This document shows, piece after piece, positions 1 through 8,452 of a stretch of 37,657 bases of DNA. The stretch's first letter is position 1. Every line of letters starts with the position of its first letter. Both the position numbers and the translations under genes were made by a program. The notes below the pieces were generated by a model. It worked only from the letters and a program-made list of their open reading frames with translations, ran no database searches and was not told where the DNA came from. Location: sequence record DRR723986_3503. One strand, written 5' to 3'.

Positions 1-249
1 CGGATAGCACTGGTGGCCGACGTCCCAGATCAGCTTGTCTTTCGGTGTATTGAATACTGAATGGATCGCCACGGTCAGCTCAACCACACCGAGGCCGGAA
101 CCAAGGTGCCCGCCAGTCACCGAGACGACGTCGATCACTTCCTCGCGCACCTCATTGGCGATCTGTTTCAACTCGGCACGCGAGCGACCTTTCAGGTCGT
201 CGGGCGATTCGATCGCGTCGAGCAGGCGGTTGGGTCGGGTGTCGGTCAT
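1..249 (-). CDS. dxs: 1-deoxy-D-xylulose-5-phosphate synthase, N-terminal part (runs off the left edge)
   Basis: Not in the ORF track. Manual translation from ATG 249: [21 protein letters not shown]...[38 protein letters not shown], the canonical DXS N-terminal motifs. Sits in the conserved xseB-ispA-dxs order. Confidence 0.96.
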   Translation of the reverse strand, partial: MTDTRPNRLLDAIESPDDLKGRSRAELKQIANEVREEVIDVVSVTGGHLGSGLGVVELTVAIHSVFNTPKDKLIWDVGHQCYP

Positions 250-288
250 CGTTCTATCGGACCTTCTGGGTGACGGCTTTCTGTCTGT

Positions 289-1185
289 CTAGTGTGTTCT
301 ATCAAGAACAAAATCGACTGATTGCAGCAGTATATTGGCCTTTTCACGAAAAATAGCGAGGTGTTCCTTCGCCTGTTCGGCCAATAGCCGCACCCTCTGG
401 CGGGCGCCATCAATGCCCAAAATCGTCACGAAATTAGCCTTTCCAGCGTCTTCATCCTTGGCCAGGGCTTTGCCGACCGTTTCTTCATCACCGGTTGCAT
501 CCAGCAGGTCATCGGCGATCTGGTAGGCAAGTCCGAGATCGTTCGAAAAGCCTGCAAGGGCGCTGCGTTCATGCTCACGCGCTCGGCCGATGATTCCCGC
601 TGCCTCGGTCGCATAGGAGATCAGTGCCCCGGTTTTCAGGCGCTGCATGCGTGTAATCGTGTTCAGGTCGCGGGGGCTGTCGCTCTCCAGCATGTCGATC
701 ATCTGGCCGCCCACCATGCCGCGCGCGCCGGACGAATCCGCCAGCCGTTCGATCAGCATGGCCCGCACCTCGGCATCCGGGTGGGTCTCCCGGGAGGCGA
801 GAATCTTGAAGGCCAGCGTCAGCAGCGCATCACCCGCCAGCACAGCGGTCGCCTCGTCGAAGGCCTTGTGAACCGTCGGCTGGCCGCGGCGGAAGTCATC
901 GTCGTCCATGCATGGCAGGTCGTCATGCACCAGCGAGTAGCAGTGCACGCATTCCAGCGCGGCAGCGGCCCGCAGCAGCGATTTCTCTGGCGCATCGAAC
1001 ATGGCGCCCGCTTCCAGCAGGAAGAAAGGGCGCATGCGTTTGCCATTGGCGAGGGCGGCATGACGCATCGCGCGCATCAGGTCCGCCTCCGGCCCGGACG
1101 CTGGCGGGATCAGCTGGTCCAGCGCCACGGTCACCTTGTCGGCAACTTCCTTCAGGCGCAGGTCGAAGTCGATCACCTCCCCCAT
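289..1185 (-). CDS. ispA: Farnesyl-diphosphate synthase / geranyltranstransferase
   Basis: GKRMRP, HDDLPCMDDDDFRRGQPT (first Asp-rich motif), LKTGAL and QIADDLLD (second Asp-rich motif); between xseB and dxs. Confidence 0.95.
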   Translation of the reverse strand: MGEVIDFDLRLKEVADKVTVALDQLIPPASGPEADLMRAMRHAALANGKRMRPFFLLEAGAMFDAPEKSLLRAAAALECVHCYSLVHDDLPCMDDDDFRRGQPTVHKAFDEATAVLAGDALLTLAFKILASRETHPDAEVRAMLIERLADSSGARGMVGGQMIDMLESDSPRDLNTITRMQRLKTGALISYATEAAGIIGRAREHERSALAGFSNDLGLAYQIADDLLDATGDEETVGKALAKDEDAGKANFVTILGIDGARQRVRLLAEQAKEHLAIFREKANILLQSVDFVLDRTH

Positions 1186-1192
1186 GGCAGTC

Positions 1193-1438
1193 CTAGTCGA
1201 AGCTTGCGGGTTCGGTGGATGGGCCTCCGGCGCCTTGAACGATTTGCTCGACCTTCAGTTCCGCCGCCTTGAGGCGCGCTTCGCAATGCGCTTTCAGCGC
1301 TGCGCCGCGTTCGTAGATGGCGATCGATTTTTCCAGCTCGACCTCACCGGCTTCCAGCTGGCGCACGATGCCTTCCAGTTCCGCAAGCGCTTCTTCGAAG
1401 CTCATCTTGTCGACGGGTTTTTCCTTCGGGTCTGCCAT
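1193..1438 (-). CDS. xseB: Exodeoxyribonuclease VII small subunit
   Basis: 81 aa; MSFEEALAELEGIVRQLEAGEVELEKSIAIYERG...CEARL signature; upstream of ispA. Confidence 0.95.
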   Translation of the reverse strand: MADPKEKPVDKMSFEEALAELEGIVRQLEAGEVELEKSIAIYERGAALKAHCEARLKAAELKVEQIVQGAGGPSTEPASFD

Positions 1439-1522
1439 GTCGCCTCACGTTTCGGATCGACCGGACACTAGAGCGGTGCCCGACCCATCACAACCTTTTC
1501 CAATTCGATTTTGAACCCGGAA

Positions 1523-2125
1523 TCACCAGTATTCGTAGACGCGGAAACTCCAATAGGAATCTCCACCGTCGCGCACGCACTTCCAGCCGAGCTTCTTGAG
1601 CTCCGGCCGCAGCATGCGATTGAACCATCCATGCGCGGCCAGGTAGACCTTCGCATCCTCAGACGCTTCGTGCAGCTTCTGCGCGGCGTCCATCGCCCGC
1701 AGGCGGGCCTGAACGACGCTTTCCCCATCCAGCGCATGGCCATTCAGCCAGGCGGCGCGGGCGAGGATGTTCCATGTCTTCGGCAGGTAGCGCACCCGCG
1801 GAAGCATCGGCGGCGGCAGCGGGGCTTCATTGAAGACCGGGTCGTGTTCCGCCGTCATGTGCGGCGCGGCGCGGGCAGCTGTTTCCTGCGCGCGGATGCG
1901 ACCAGATGCGAAGACGAGATCAGCATCCTTCACCGCTTCCATCAGGTCCGGCGGCGCGACCTGGCCTTCGGCGAGCGGGCTTTCCTCGTACCGGGCCCAC
2001 CAGTCCTTGTATTGGCGCCAGTCAAGCCGTGGCCCGGCCGTACGGTCCAGCGCCGGCTTGCCATGACGCGACACCACGATGGGTCCGCGCCGGTTTGCTG
2101 TCGATGTCGTTTCTGGCATCGCCAT
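1523..2125 (-). CDS. Histidine phosphatase (phosphoglycerate mutase-like) family protein
   Basis: N-terminal RHG motif (VVSRHGKP), S-x-x-x-RAQETA, and AHG (LAAHGWFN) near the C-terminus. Start at 2125 or 2119. Confidence 0.8.
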   Translation of the reverse strand: MAMPETTSTANRRGPIVVSRHGKPALDRTAGPRLDWRQYKDWWARYEESPLAEGQVAPPDLMEAVKDADLVFASGRIRAQETAARAAPHMTAEHDPVFNEAPLPPPMLPRVRYLPKTWNILARAAWLNGHALDGESVVQARLRAMDAAQKLHEASEDAKVYLAAHGWFNRMLRPELKKLGWKCVRDGGDSYWSFRVYEYW

Positions 2126-2230
2126 CCGGTCCGTTCATTCTAGTCCGATAGGGTCAGATGCCCCGCGAACTTCCAGCCACTAGCGAGGTTGGCCGGAAGC
2201 GACAAGGCAGGAATCCCGGCTTTTGGATCC

Positions 2231-3088
2231 CTACAGGCCCTTCCACACACGTTTCGGGCATTTCTCGCCGTCCAGCAGCTTGCAGCGATAGAAGCTCATC
2301 AGCACCGTATCGGCCCGTCCCATCAGGTGATCCATGGGCACGAAGCCGACCGAGGCTTCCTTCGGATCTACGGCCAGCGGGCAACCGACGCGATCCACAA
2401 CATTGCCGACCGGCGGGCAGTGGCCGGACAGGAAACGGCTGTCGAGGGAGTTGTCACGATTATCGCCCATCATGAAGACATGGCCCTTGGGCACGATGAA
2501 CAGCACCGTGTTGTCGCCTCTGTCTCCCGCTTCCTGGCGGTCAGTCATCCAGCTTTTCCCGTCCTCGGCCGTCTCACGCCACTCATAGGCGGTCGCGACC
2601 CAGTTGGTGCCGTGCGGGACATAGCGGACGGAGCGGACATACTCGCTCGGAAGCGGCTCGCCATTGATGTAGACCTGCTCGTCGATCATCTGGACCTGGT
2701 CGCCCGGCAAGCCGATCACGCGCTTGATCATCACCTTGCCGGCGTGCGGATGCTCGAACACCACCACATCGCCCCGCTTGGGATCGCGCGCAAAGATGCG
2801 GCCCTTCGGCAGCGGCAGATAGCGGCCCATGCTGAACGGCAGGGAGTAGCGGTCATAGCCATAAGCAAACTTGGCCACGGCAACGCGGTCAGACACCTGC
2901 AGCGTCGGCACCATGCTTTCGGACGGGATCACGCGCTGCTCGTAGACGAGGCCGGAAAACAGCATGAACAACGGAACGAAAACCGCCAGTGTGGCGCCCC
3001 ATTCCTTCAATTCCTGCTTCACCTTATCGGCGAGAGTGGTGGGCGCATCGTCACTGCCCTGCGCGGCCTTTTCGCCATCTCGTGCCAT
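2231..3088 (-). CDS. lepB: Signal peptidase I
   Basis: Catalytic Ser box IPSESMVPTL, Lys box MIKRVIGLPGD, box E GDNRDNSLDSR, one N-terminal TM segment. ATG 3088 chosen because GAGG precedes it (the ORF track starts at TTG 3112). Confidence 0.92.
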   Translation of the reverse strand: MARDGEKAAQGSDDAPTTLADKVKQELKEWGATLAVFVPLFMLFSGLVYEQRVIPSESMVPTLQVSDRVAVAKFAYGYDRYSLPFSMGRYLPLPKGRIFARDPKRGDVVVFEHPHAGKVMIKRVIGLPGDQVQMIDEQVYINGEPLPSEYVRSVRYVPHGTNWVATAYEWRETAEDGKSWMTDRQEAGDRGDNTVLFIVPKGHVFMMGDNRDNSLDSRFLSGHCPPVGNVVDRVGCPLAVDPKEASVGFVPMDHLMGRADTVLMSFYRCKLLDGEKCPKRVWKGL

Positions 3089-3182
3089 CGAGGCCTCGCT
3101 ATCGTCTTTCAACAGGGGCCTTTCTTAGACGAAAGCCCGGCTGATTGCGAAGTCGAAAACTGCCAATGGGCTGTAAAACGGG

Positions 3183-4250
3183 TCAGCTGGCCAAACTGTA
3201 GAGCGTCACGCCATCCGAGCCGGGTTCGGCCTTCACCTCGCCGCGATAGATCAGGCAGTTGAGGTGGGCCAGCGCTTCACCGGTCGCCATGCCTTGTTCG
3301 TCCAGCGCAATTTTCCGTCCGAAAATGGCGGCGAAGGTGTCCAGCACATTACGTGGCCGCTCTGCCAGGCGCTGCTTGAGGCGTGTCAGGGCAATCTCAT
3401 GCCCGTCGATCAGGTGGCGCAGGCGTTTGTGCGCGCCGCGAAACGGCTCGTTGTGGGCCGGCAGCGCCAGAACATCTTCCGGCAGGCGCTCCAGCAGTTT
3501 CTCGCAGCTCGACATCCAGTCCAGCAGCGGATTGGCTGCCGGTTCGGTCGGATGCACCGACACGTTGGACGAGATGCGCGGCAGCAGTTGGTCACCTGAA
3601 ATCACGATGTTTTCCGATGGGCAGAACAGGCAGACATGTTCCGGCGAGTGGCCGTTGCCGGTGATCACTTCCCAGATCTCGCCGCCCATTTCGAACGTGT
3701 CGCCATCGCTGAGACGGAAGAAACTGTCCGGCATCTTCGAAACGCCGCGCCCGAACCCGCCAAAGCGATCGCGGTAGTTTTGAAGCGCCGCCTCGTCCCA
3801 GCCGGCCTTGCGGTAGAAGCTGATCCCCGCCTCCGGCGCCTCGCGGCCCGTGTCCGAAATGAGCATCCGGCAGGTCGTGTATTCCAAGCGGCTCATCCAC
3901 AGCTCTGCCCCGTATTTGTAGCAAAGCCAGCCCGCACAGCCGACATGATCCGGGTGCATGTGCGTGACGATCACGCGCTTCAACGGCTTGTCTGCCGTTA
4001 CCCGCGGTTCGAGGATCGCCTTCCAGGCGTCCCGCGTCTCTTTCAGCGGCATGCCAGTGTCGACAATCGTCCACCCGTCGCCGTCATCGATCAGCCAGAC
4101 ATTGATGAACTTCAGGGAGAAAGGCAGCGACATGCGGATCCACTGGATGCGCGGCGTAATCTCCATCATCTGCCCGTGATCGGGTGCAGCCTCACCGTAC
4201 AGGTAGTTCAGCCCGGGGCGCTTGGGTGTCTTTGTCGTGAAACCGTCCAT
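3183..4250 (-). CDS. MBL-fold metallo-hydrolase (glyoxalase II-like) with probable C-terminal winged helix
   Basis: THMHPDHVG (HxHxDH), GHSPEH, SGDQLL, PAH metal-binding motifs. Start taken as ATG 4250. Confidence 0.88.
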   Translation of the reverse strand: MDGFTTKTPKRPGLNYLYGEAAPDHGQMMEITPRIQWIRMSLPFSLKFINVWLIDDGDGWTIVDTGMPLKETRDAWKAILEPRVTADKPLKRVIVTHMHPDHVGCAGWLCYKYGAELWMSRLEYTTCRMLISDTGREAPEAGISFYRKAGWDEAALQNYRDRFGGFGRGVSKMPDSFFRLSDGDTFEMGGEIWEVITGNGHSPEHVCLFCPSENIVISGDQLLPRISSNVSVHPTEPAANPLLDWMSSCEKLLERLPEDVLALPAHNEPFRGAHKRLRHLIDGHEIALTRLKQRLAERPRNVLDTFAAIFGRKIALDEQGMATGEALAHLNCLIYRGEVKAEPGSDGVTLYSLAS

Positions 4251-4302
4251 GCCGCCAGAATAGGCCGGGCGCGCAACGCGTCGAGCCGTCACGCAGGGTC
4301 AG

Positions 4303-5334
4303 CTATTTTATCGGCGTCCGCTTACGGGGGCCGAGTTTCGTCCGCTTGAACTTGGCGCCGCGCATTGGATTGACCGGCTTTTCTTCCCGGCTCTCCGGCT
4401 TGCGGTTCCCGCGCGGCGGGCCGCCTTTTCCAGCTGGCTTCCCGTCAGGTCTTCCGGAAGGCTTTCCCGAACGCGGCGGACGTTCGCCACGCTGGGGCCT
4501 GTCCTGCCGGGGCCTGTCCTGCGCTTCGCGCGACGGGCGGTCCCGTTCCTCGCGCGGCTTGCGGGGCCGGGGCGCTGCGCCGCTGAGCAGGGCTTCGCGT
4601 TCACGCGCACTGATCGGGCGCCACTTGCCTTCCGGCAGGCCTGCCAGTTCCAGCGATCCGATGCGCACGCGCATCAGGTCCACGACTCGCAGGTCCACCA
4701 GCTGGCACATGCGGCGGATCTGGCGGTTTCGGCCCTCGTGCAGGATGAAGCGCAGCTCGTGGGCCTTTACCTGCTCCACTTCCGCCGGTTTCAGCTTGCG
4801 TCCGTCCAGCTCCAGGCCGTGGCGCAGCAGGGCAAGCTTCTCAGGCGTCACATCGCCCTTCACCTTGACCAGATATTCCTTGTCGACCTGGCTTTCCGGC
4901 CCGATCAGCGCCTTCGCCAGCACGCCGTCTTCCGACAGGACCAGCAGGCCGCGGCTGTCCTTGTCGAGCCGGCCGAGCGGGGCGAGCTTGTTGTAGCGGC
5001 CGGGAATCGCGTGCGCTTTTCCGGACAGTGTCTTCTCCGTGATCAGGCGCACAGCCGGCGTTTCGCCGGGTTCCGGCGTGCCGGACACGATGCCTTCAGG
5101 CTTGTGGAAGATCAGAGACAGCTTATTGTCCAGCTGGCGCGTCGCCTTCTGCAGCAGGGTCAGCGTCTGGCCGGCTTCGATCTTCTGACCGGCGACGGCA
5201 GCCTCGCCATCGACCTTGATCAGGCCTTTCAGAATCAATGCATCCGCTTCGCGGCGCGAGCAGACGCCTTCCTCCGCCAGCCATTTGTTGATGCGCAGCG
5301 GCTCAGCGCCTTCATAAGTTTTGGTCCAGGCCAT
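4303..5334 (-). CDS. rRNA pseudouridine synthase (RsuA/RluB/RluF family) with S4 domain and basic low-complexity C-tail
   Basis: S4 motif RINKWLAEEGVCSRREAD, catalytic GRLDKDSRGLL, EGRNRQIRRM. Start ATG 5334 (MAWTKTY); the ORF-track extension to 5469 runs through AT-rich promoter DNA. Confidence 0.92.
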   Translation of the reverse strand: MAWTKTYEGAEPLRINKWLAEEGVCSRREADALILKGLIKVDGEAAVAGQKIEAGQTLTLLQKATRQLDNKLSLIFHKPEGIVSGTPEPGETPAVRLITEKTLSGKAHAIPGRYNKLAPLGRLDKDSRGLLVLSEDGVLAKALIGPESQVDKEYLVKVKGDVTPEKLALLRHGLELDGRKLKPAEVEQVKAHELRFILHEGRNRQIRRMCQLVDLRVVDLMRVRIGSLELAGLPEGKWRPISAREREALLSGAAPRPRKPREERDRPSREAQDRPRQDRPQRGERPPRSGKPSGRPDGKPAGKGGPPRGNRKPESREEKPVNPMRGAKFKRTKLGPRKRTPIK

Positions 5335-5453
5335 GATGTGTGGGTTTCCTGCCGCTTCTGCCGCCTGTCTTATCGACCCCCCAGCCGCCCCGCAACCGAC
5401 GTGCTCACTGTTGGATAGGCCACCCCTCAGATAATAAAGAATACGATATATAC

Positions 5454-5478
5454 ACCGTATATGGACCATTTATACGGT
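5454..5478. promoter_or_regulatory. AT-rich inverted repeat ACCGTATA-N9-TATACGGT, candidate operator in a divergent promoter region
   Basis: Perfect 8-bp arms (5454-5461 / 5471-5478) between the divergent pseudouridine synthase and MFS genes. Confidence 0.45.
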
Positions 5479-5553
5479 CGGTTTTGCCCTGAAACTCCGT
5501 CGGTCACATTTCCCATCGACAGACGTTCCGGATTTCCGGATAAGCGCGCCTCC

Positions 5554-6726
5554 ATGAAACAGGCCACCGCCCCCTCGCTCGCTTTTGCGCTGCTGTTACT
5601 TGGCACGACGCTCGGTCTCGCCGGGACAGACCTTGTACTGCCTGCCGTGCCGGGCCTGCCGGAAGTGCTGGGCGGCAGCGCGGCCATGGCGCAGCTGGTC
5701 CTCGCCGCCTTCGTCGCGGGCGGTTGCGTGGGCCTCATCCTGTTCGGTGAGCTTGGCGCGCGAACAGCCCAGCGCCGCCTTCTGGTCGCCAGCCTGATCG
5801 CCTATGCCCTTGTCTCGCTGGCCTGCGCGCTGGCGCCGTCCCTGCCCGCGCTTGTCGGCCTACGCTTCCTGCACGGGCTGAGCGGCGCGGCAGCGGCCGT
5901 ATTTGCGCCGGGCATGATCCGCGCCATGTTCAGCGAGCCAGGTGCCGTGCGCGCACTGGGCGTGATGGGCAGCGTCGAATCCCTCGTGCCGGCCCTCGCC
6001 CCCGTGGCGGGTGTCTGGCTGTTGGCGAAGTTCGGCTGGGCCAGTTCCTTCTACATGATCGCCGGGCTCAGCCTGATCGTCGCGGCACTTGTCCGCGCCC
6101 TCGGATCCAGCCTGCCCGTCCCGCCACCGACACGCGGCCAGGGTCGCTATATCCGCCTGCTGAGCAATGGCACCTATCTGCGCTACGCCCTCAGCCAGGC
6201 CTGCACCCTGGGCGGCCTGCTGATCTTCGTGTTCGGCGCCCCCGCCATGATGACCAAGGCGCTGGGCCTCAGCCTGAATGCGTTCATCATCATGCAGGTG
6301 ACCGGCATCGCGTTCTTCATCCTGGCGTCCAACATCGCCGGACCGCTGGCGGACATGTTCGGGCCGGAGCGGATGATCCTTACCGGCTCCGCAGTCTCGG
6401 CCCTCGGGCTGATCGGGCTGGCCCTCTATGGCCTTCGCGGCGGAACGGATGCGTGGGTCATCACCGCCCTGTTCGTGCCCGTGAACCTCGGCCTCGGCCT
6501 GCGCGGCCCGCCGGGCTTCTTCCGGGCCATCCTCGCATCTGACGGGGATGACGCCCGCGGCGCGGCGCTTGTGATCCTGTTCATCCTGTCGACGACCGCA
6601 ACTGGCACGGCGATTGCCGCCCCGTTCGTGACGGCAGGCCTCGCCCGGCTATCCATTGTGGCAGCGAGCGGTTCCTGCCTGTCGGTCCTGTTATTGCTGG
6701 CTTTACCGAGGCTTCAGCCCCGGTAG
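5554..6726 (+). CDS. MFS transporter, Bcr/CflA-like drug:H+ antiporter
   Basis: About 12 hydrophobic segments; TDLVLPAVP (D-x-x-x-PA motif of TM1), LRFLHGL, APVAG motif C, GPLADMFGPER. ATG 5554 chosen. Confidence 0.85.
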   Translation: MKQATAPSLAFALLLLGTTLGLAGTDLVLPAVPGLPEVLGGSAAMAQLVLAAFVAGGCVGLILFGELGARTAQRRLLVASLIAYALVSLACALAPSLPALVGLRFLHGLSGAAAAVFAPGMIRAMFSEPGAVRALGVMGSVESLVPALAPVAGVWLLAKFGWASSFYMIAGLSLIVAALVRALGSSLPVPPPTRGQGRYIRLLSNGTYLRYALSQACTLGGLLIFVFGAPAMMTKALGLSLNAFIIMQVTGIAFFILASNIAGPLADMFGPERMILTGSAVSALGLIGLALYGLRGGTDAWVITALFVPVNLGLGLRGPPGFFRAILASDGDDARGAALVILFILSTTATGTAIAAPFVTAGLARLSIVAASGSCLSVLLLLALPRLQPR

Positions 6727-6783
6727 GTCCATGAAATTTTCAGCATTCTGAATATTTAATTGCAGATAAAAGCAGGCTTTGCC

Positions 6784-6811
6784 TTGCAATGCTGCCGAAA
6801 CCCCTTAGATA
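6784..6811 (+). promoter_or_regulatory. Putative sigma70-type promoter of the cold-shock gene (TTGCAA-N16-TAGATA)
   Basis: Visible -35/-10-like hexamers. They imply a 5'UTR of roughly 130 nt, as is typical of cspA-family genes. Confidence 0.4.
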
Positions 6812-6949
6812 GGTGGTTCGACTTTTCGCCGGACAATCAGGCATCGAATGTCAGGGCCTGCCCTGCCACTTTATCAGAGACCTCCCAAACAAAACTCGAA
6901 CTTCCGCGAGCCGGCATGTTGCTGGCACGCATTTATACAGGAGTGTCCC

Positions 6950-7159
6950 ATGACCAGTGGCACCGTAAAATTCTACAACGATCAAAAAGGCTTCGGCTTT
7001 ATCGCTCCGGACGATGGCAGCACCGATGTGTTCGTCCATGCAACCGCGCTTGAGCGTGCCGGTATGCGCATGCTGAACGAAGGCCAGAAGGTTTCCTTCA
7101 CCACGGCCGTCGACAAGCGCAACGGCAAGACTGCCGTCGACACGATCGAAGCCGCATAG
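6950..7159 (+). CDS. cspA: Cold-shock protein (CspA family), 69 aa
   Basis: [34 protein letters not shown] (RNP1 KGFGFI, RNP2 VFVH); RBS AGGAG at 6939-6943. Confidence 0.95.
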   Translation: MTSGTVKFYNDQKGFGFIAPDDGSTDVFVHATALERAGMRMLNEGQKVSFTTAVDKRNGKTAVDTIEAA

Positions 7160-7182
7160 TCTGCAAGGACTATCAGGTTCAG

Positions 7183-7217
7183 AAAGGCCGTCTCCCCCGG
7201 GAGGCGGTCTTTTTTTT
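7183..7217 (+). terminator. Rho-independent terminator of the csp gene
   Basis: GC-rich hairpin AAGGCCGTCTCCC...GGGAGGCGGTCTT followed by a T run. Confidence 0.85.
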
Positions 7218-7430
7218 CGCGAACGCGAGGGCCCCTCGTACCTCCTTTTATCTCCACAGCAGCGGCAACGGTCAGCTACCTGTAGCTGCCCAACCTTCAT
7301 CCACCGGTTCATTGTTTCCAGGCTGGAACTGTGATTGCGTGATCCCCGGTCGGAAAAGCAGTTTTCTGCCATTGGGGACGCCATAGCATTCCGCTTGGCG
7401 ACTTCCTGCTCCGATCAAGGAGGAAACAAC

Positions 7431-7817
7431 ATGAAGACGTTGAATCTAGCAGCCGGAATTTCCATTCTGGCAACTGCGGCAATGATGCTTCCGTCGACGG
7501 CAACAGCCGCGCCGGACAAGCCCATCAATGCCGCCACCACGGACAGCGGAACGCTCTGTATCGTCCATGAGGCCGACGGCGCTCCCTATATGGTCGACAC
7601 TGAATGCAGCTGGCATACGGTCACCAAACTCGACAAGGACGGCAATCCGCAATCCTTTACCTATCAGGACAAGGGAACATTGCAGGAAGGCCAGACAGCC
7701 CCTGACGCTGCTGTGAAGATTGCCATTGAAGGCATGACCGTCTCTGGCCTTCCCTGCACTGGCACAGAAGTCGTGACACCAAGCGGCCAGTACTCGTCTG
7801 ACCTGAAGTGCAAGTAG
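7431..7817 (+). CDS. Hypothetical secreted protein, 128 aa, 4 Cys
   Basis: Strong RBS AAGGAGG, ATG 7431; Sec signal peptide MKTLNLAAGISILATAAMMLPSTATA|A. No family recognised. Confidence 0.75.
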   Translation: MKTLNLAAGISILATAAMMLPSTATAAPDKPINAATTDSGTLCIVHEADGAPYMVDTECSWHTVTKLDKDGNPQSFTYQDKGTLQEGQTAPDAAVKIAIEGMTVSGLPCTGTEVVTPSGQYSSDLKCK

Positions 7818-7841
7818 GTCACGCTTGCCGCAAGCGCATGC

Positions 7842-7865
7842 GCCGCCTCCCTCGGGAGGCGGCCT
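7842..7865. terminator. GC hairpin between convergent genes (probable terminator)
   Basis: GCCGCCTCCC-TC-GGGAGGCGGC followed by CTTCTTG on the + strand. Confidence 0.6.
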
Positions 7866-7877
7866 TCTTGTGGGGTT

Positions 7878-8417
7878 TTATTCCACACCTTCCTGCGCCG
7901 GTTCCATAACTAACGACACCGATCCGACGCGGAAGCCGAACCAGCCGACCGTCGCAGTGTTCAGCACACGCCCGCTTCCGTCCTTGGCGAGCACATCCCG
8001 AAAGCGGACCTTGCGGCCCTTGCCATTTTCCGAGGGCAGGACGACGTCATATTCCAGACGGAAAGCACGCCCGTCCTGATAGCCGCGCGCGGTGCCCACC
8101 ACGTCCTCGCGGGTGCCGCTGTATTCGCCGGGCGCGATGCGTTCGAGCTTCCAGGTTTTCCGGTCCTTCTCGCCATCGTCATAGACGAAGTCCTCGACCA
8201 GGGTGAACGTCTCGCCGTCCCAGGTGCCGGTCAGCTGTGCGGTGAATGTGCGGTGCACGCCTGTAATCGACTTGAACTCTCCGCGCGCCACATGGGCGCC
8301 GGCAAGATCCCGTTCAATGACAAAGGCATCGCCCCCGGCATCGTCCGGGACGGGCGGCCGTGTGGCGCATGCGGTAACGAGGGCGAGGGCGGCGATGGCA
8401 GGTATTTGCTTTCTCAT
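7878..8417 (-). CDS. DUF3833-family lipoprotein
   Basis: Lipobox MRKQIPAIAALALVTAC; GTWDGETFTLVEDFVYDDGEKDRKTWKL...YSGTREDVVGTARG...VRFRD and WFGFRVGSV match my recollection of DUF3833. Confidence 0.8.
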   Translation of the reverse strand: MRKQIPAIAALALVTACATRPPVPDDAGGDAFVIERDLAGAHVARGEFKSITGVHRTFTAQLTGTWDGETFTLVEDFVYDDGEKDRKTWKLERIAPGEYSGTREDVVGTARGYQDGRAFRLEYDVVLPSENGKGRKVRFRDVLAKDGSGRVLNTATVGWFGFRVGSVSLVMEPAQEGVE

Positions 8418-8426
8418 AGCCCTTGG

Positions 8427-8452
8427 TACGGACCTCGCCTGCGTTCGGATGA
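8427..8452 (-). promoter_or_regulatory. Candidate RpoE(ChrR)-type ECF promoter TCATCC-N15-CCGTA
   Basis: Minus strand reads TCATCC gaacgcaggcgaggt CCGTA, ending 9 nt before the DUF3833 ATG. One mismatch per box against the TGATCC-N15-GCGTA type consensus. Confidence 0.55.

Noticed and set aside
4494-4522. Tandem repeat GGGGCCTGTCCTGC x2 with 15-nt period
   Set aside because: Encodes QDRP repeats in the low-complexity tail of the pseudouridine synthase; not a CRISPR or mobile repeat.
7340-7370. TGATCC as an RpoE -35 upstream of the secreted-protein gene
   Set aside because: No CGTA/TAAGA-like -10 at the required spacing.
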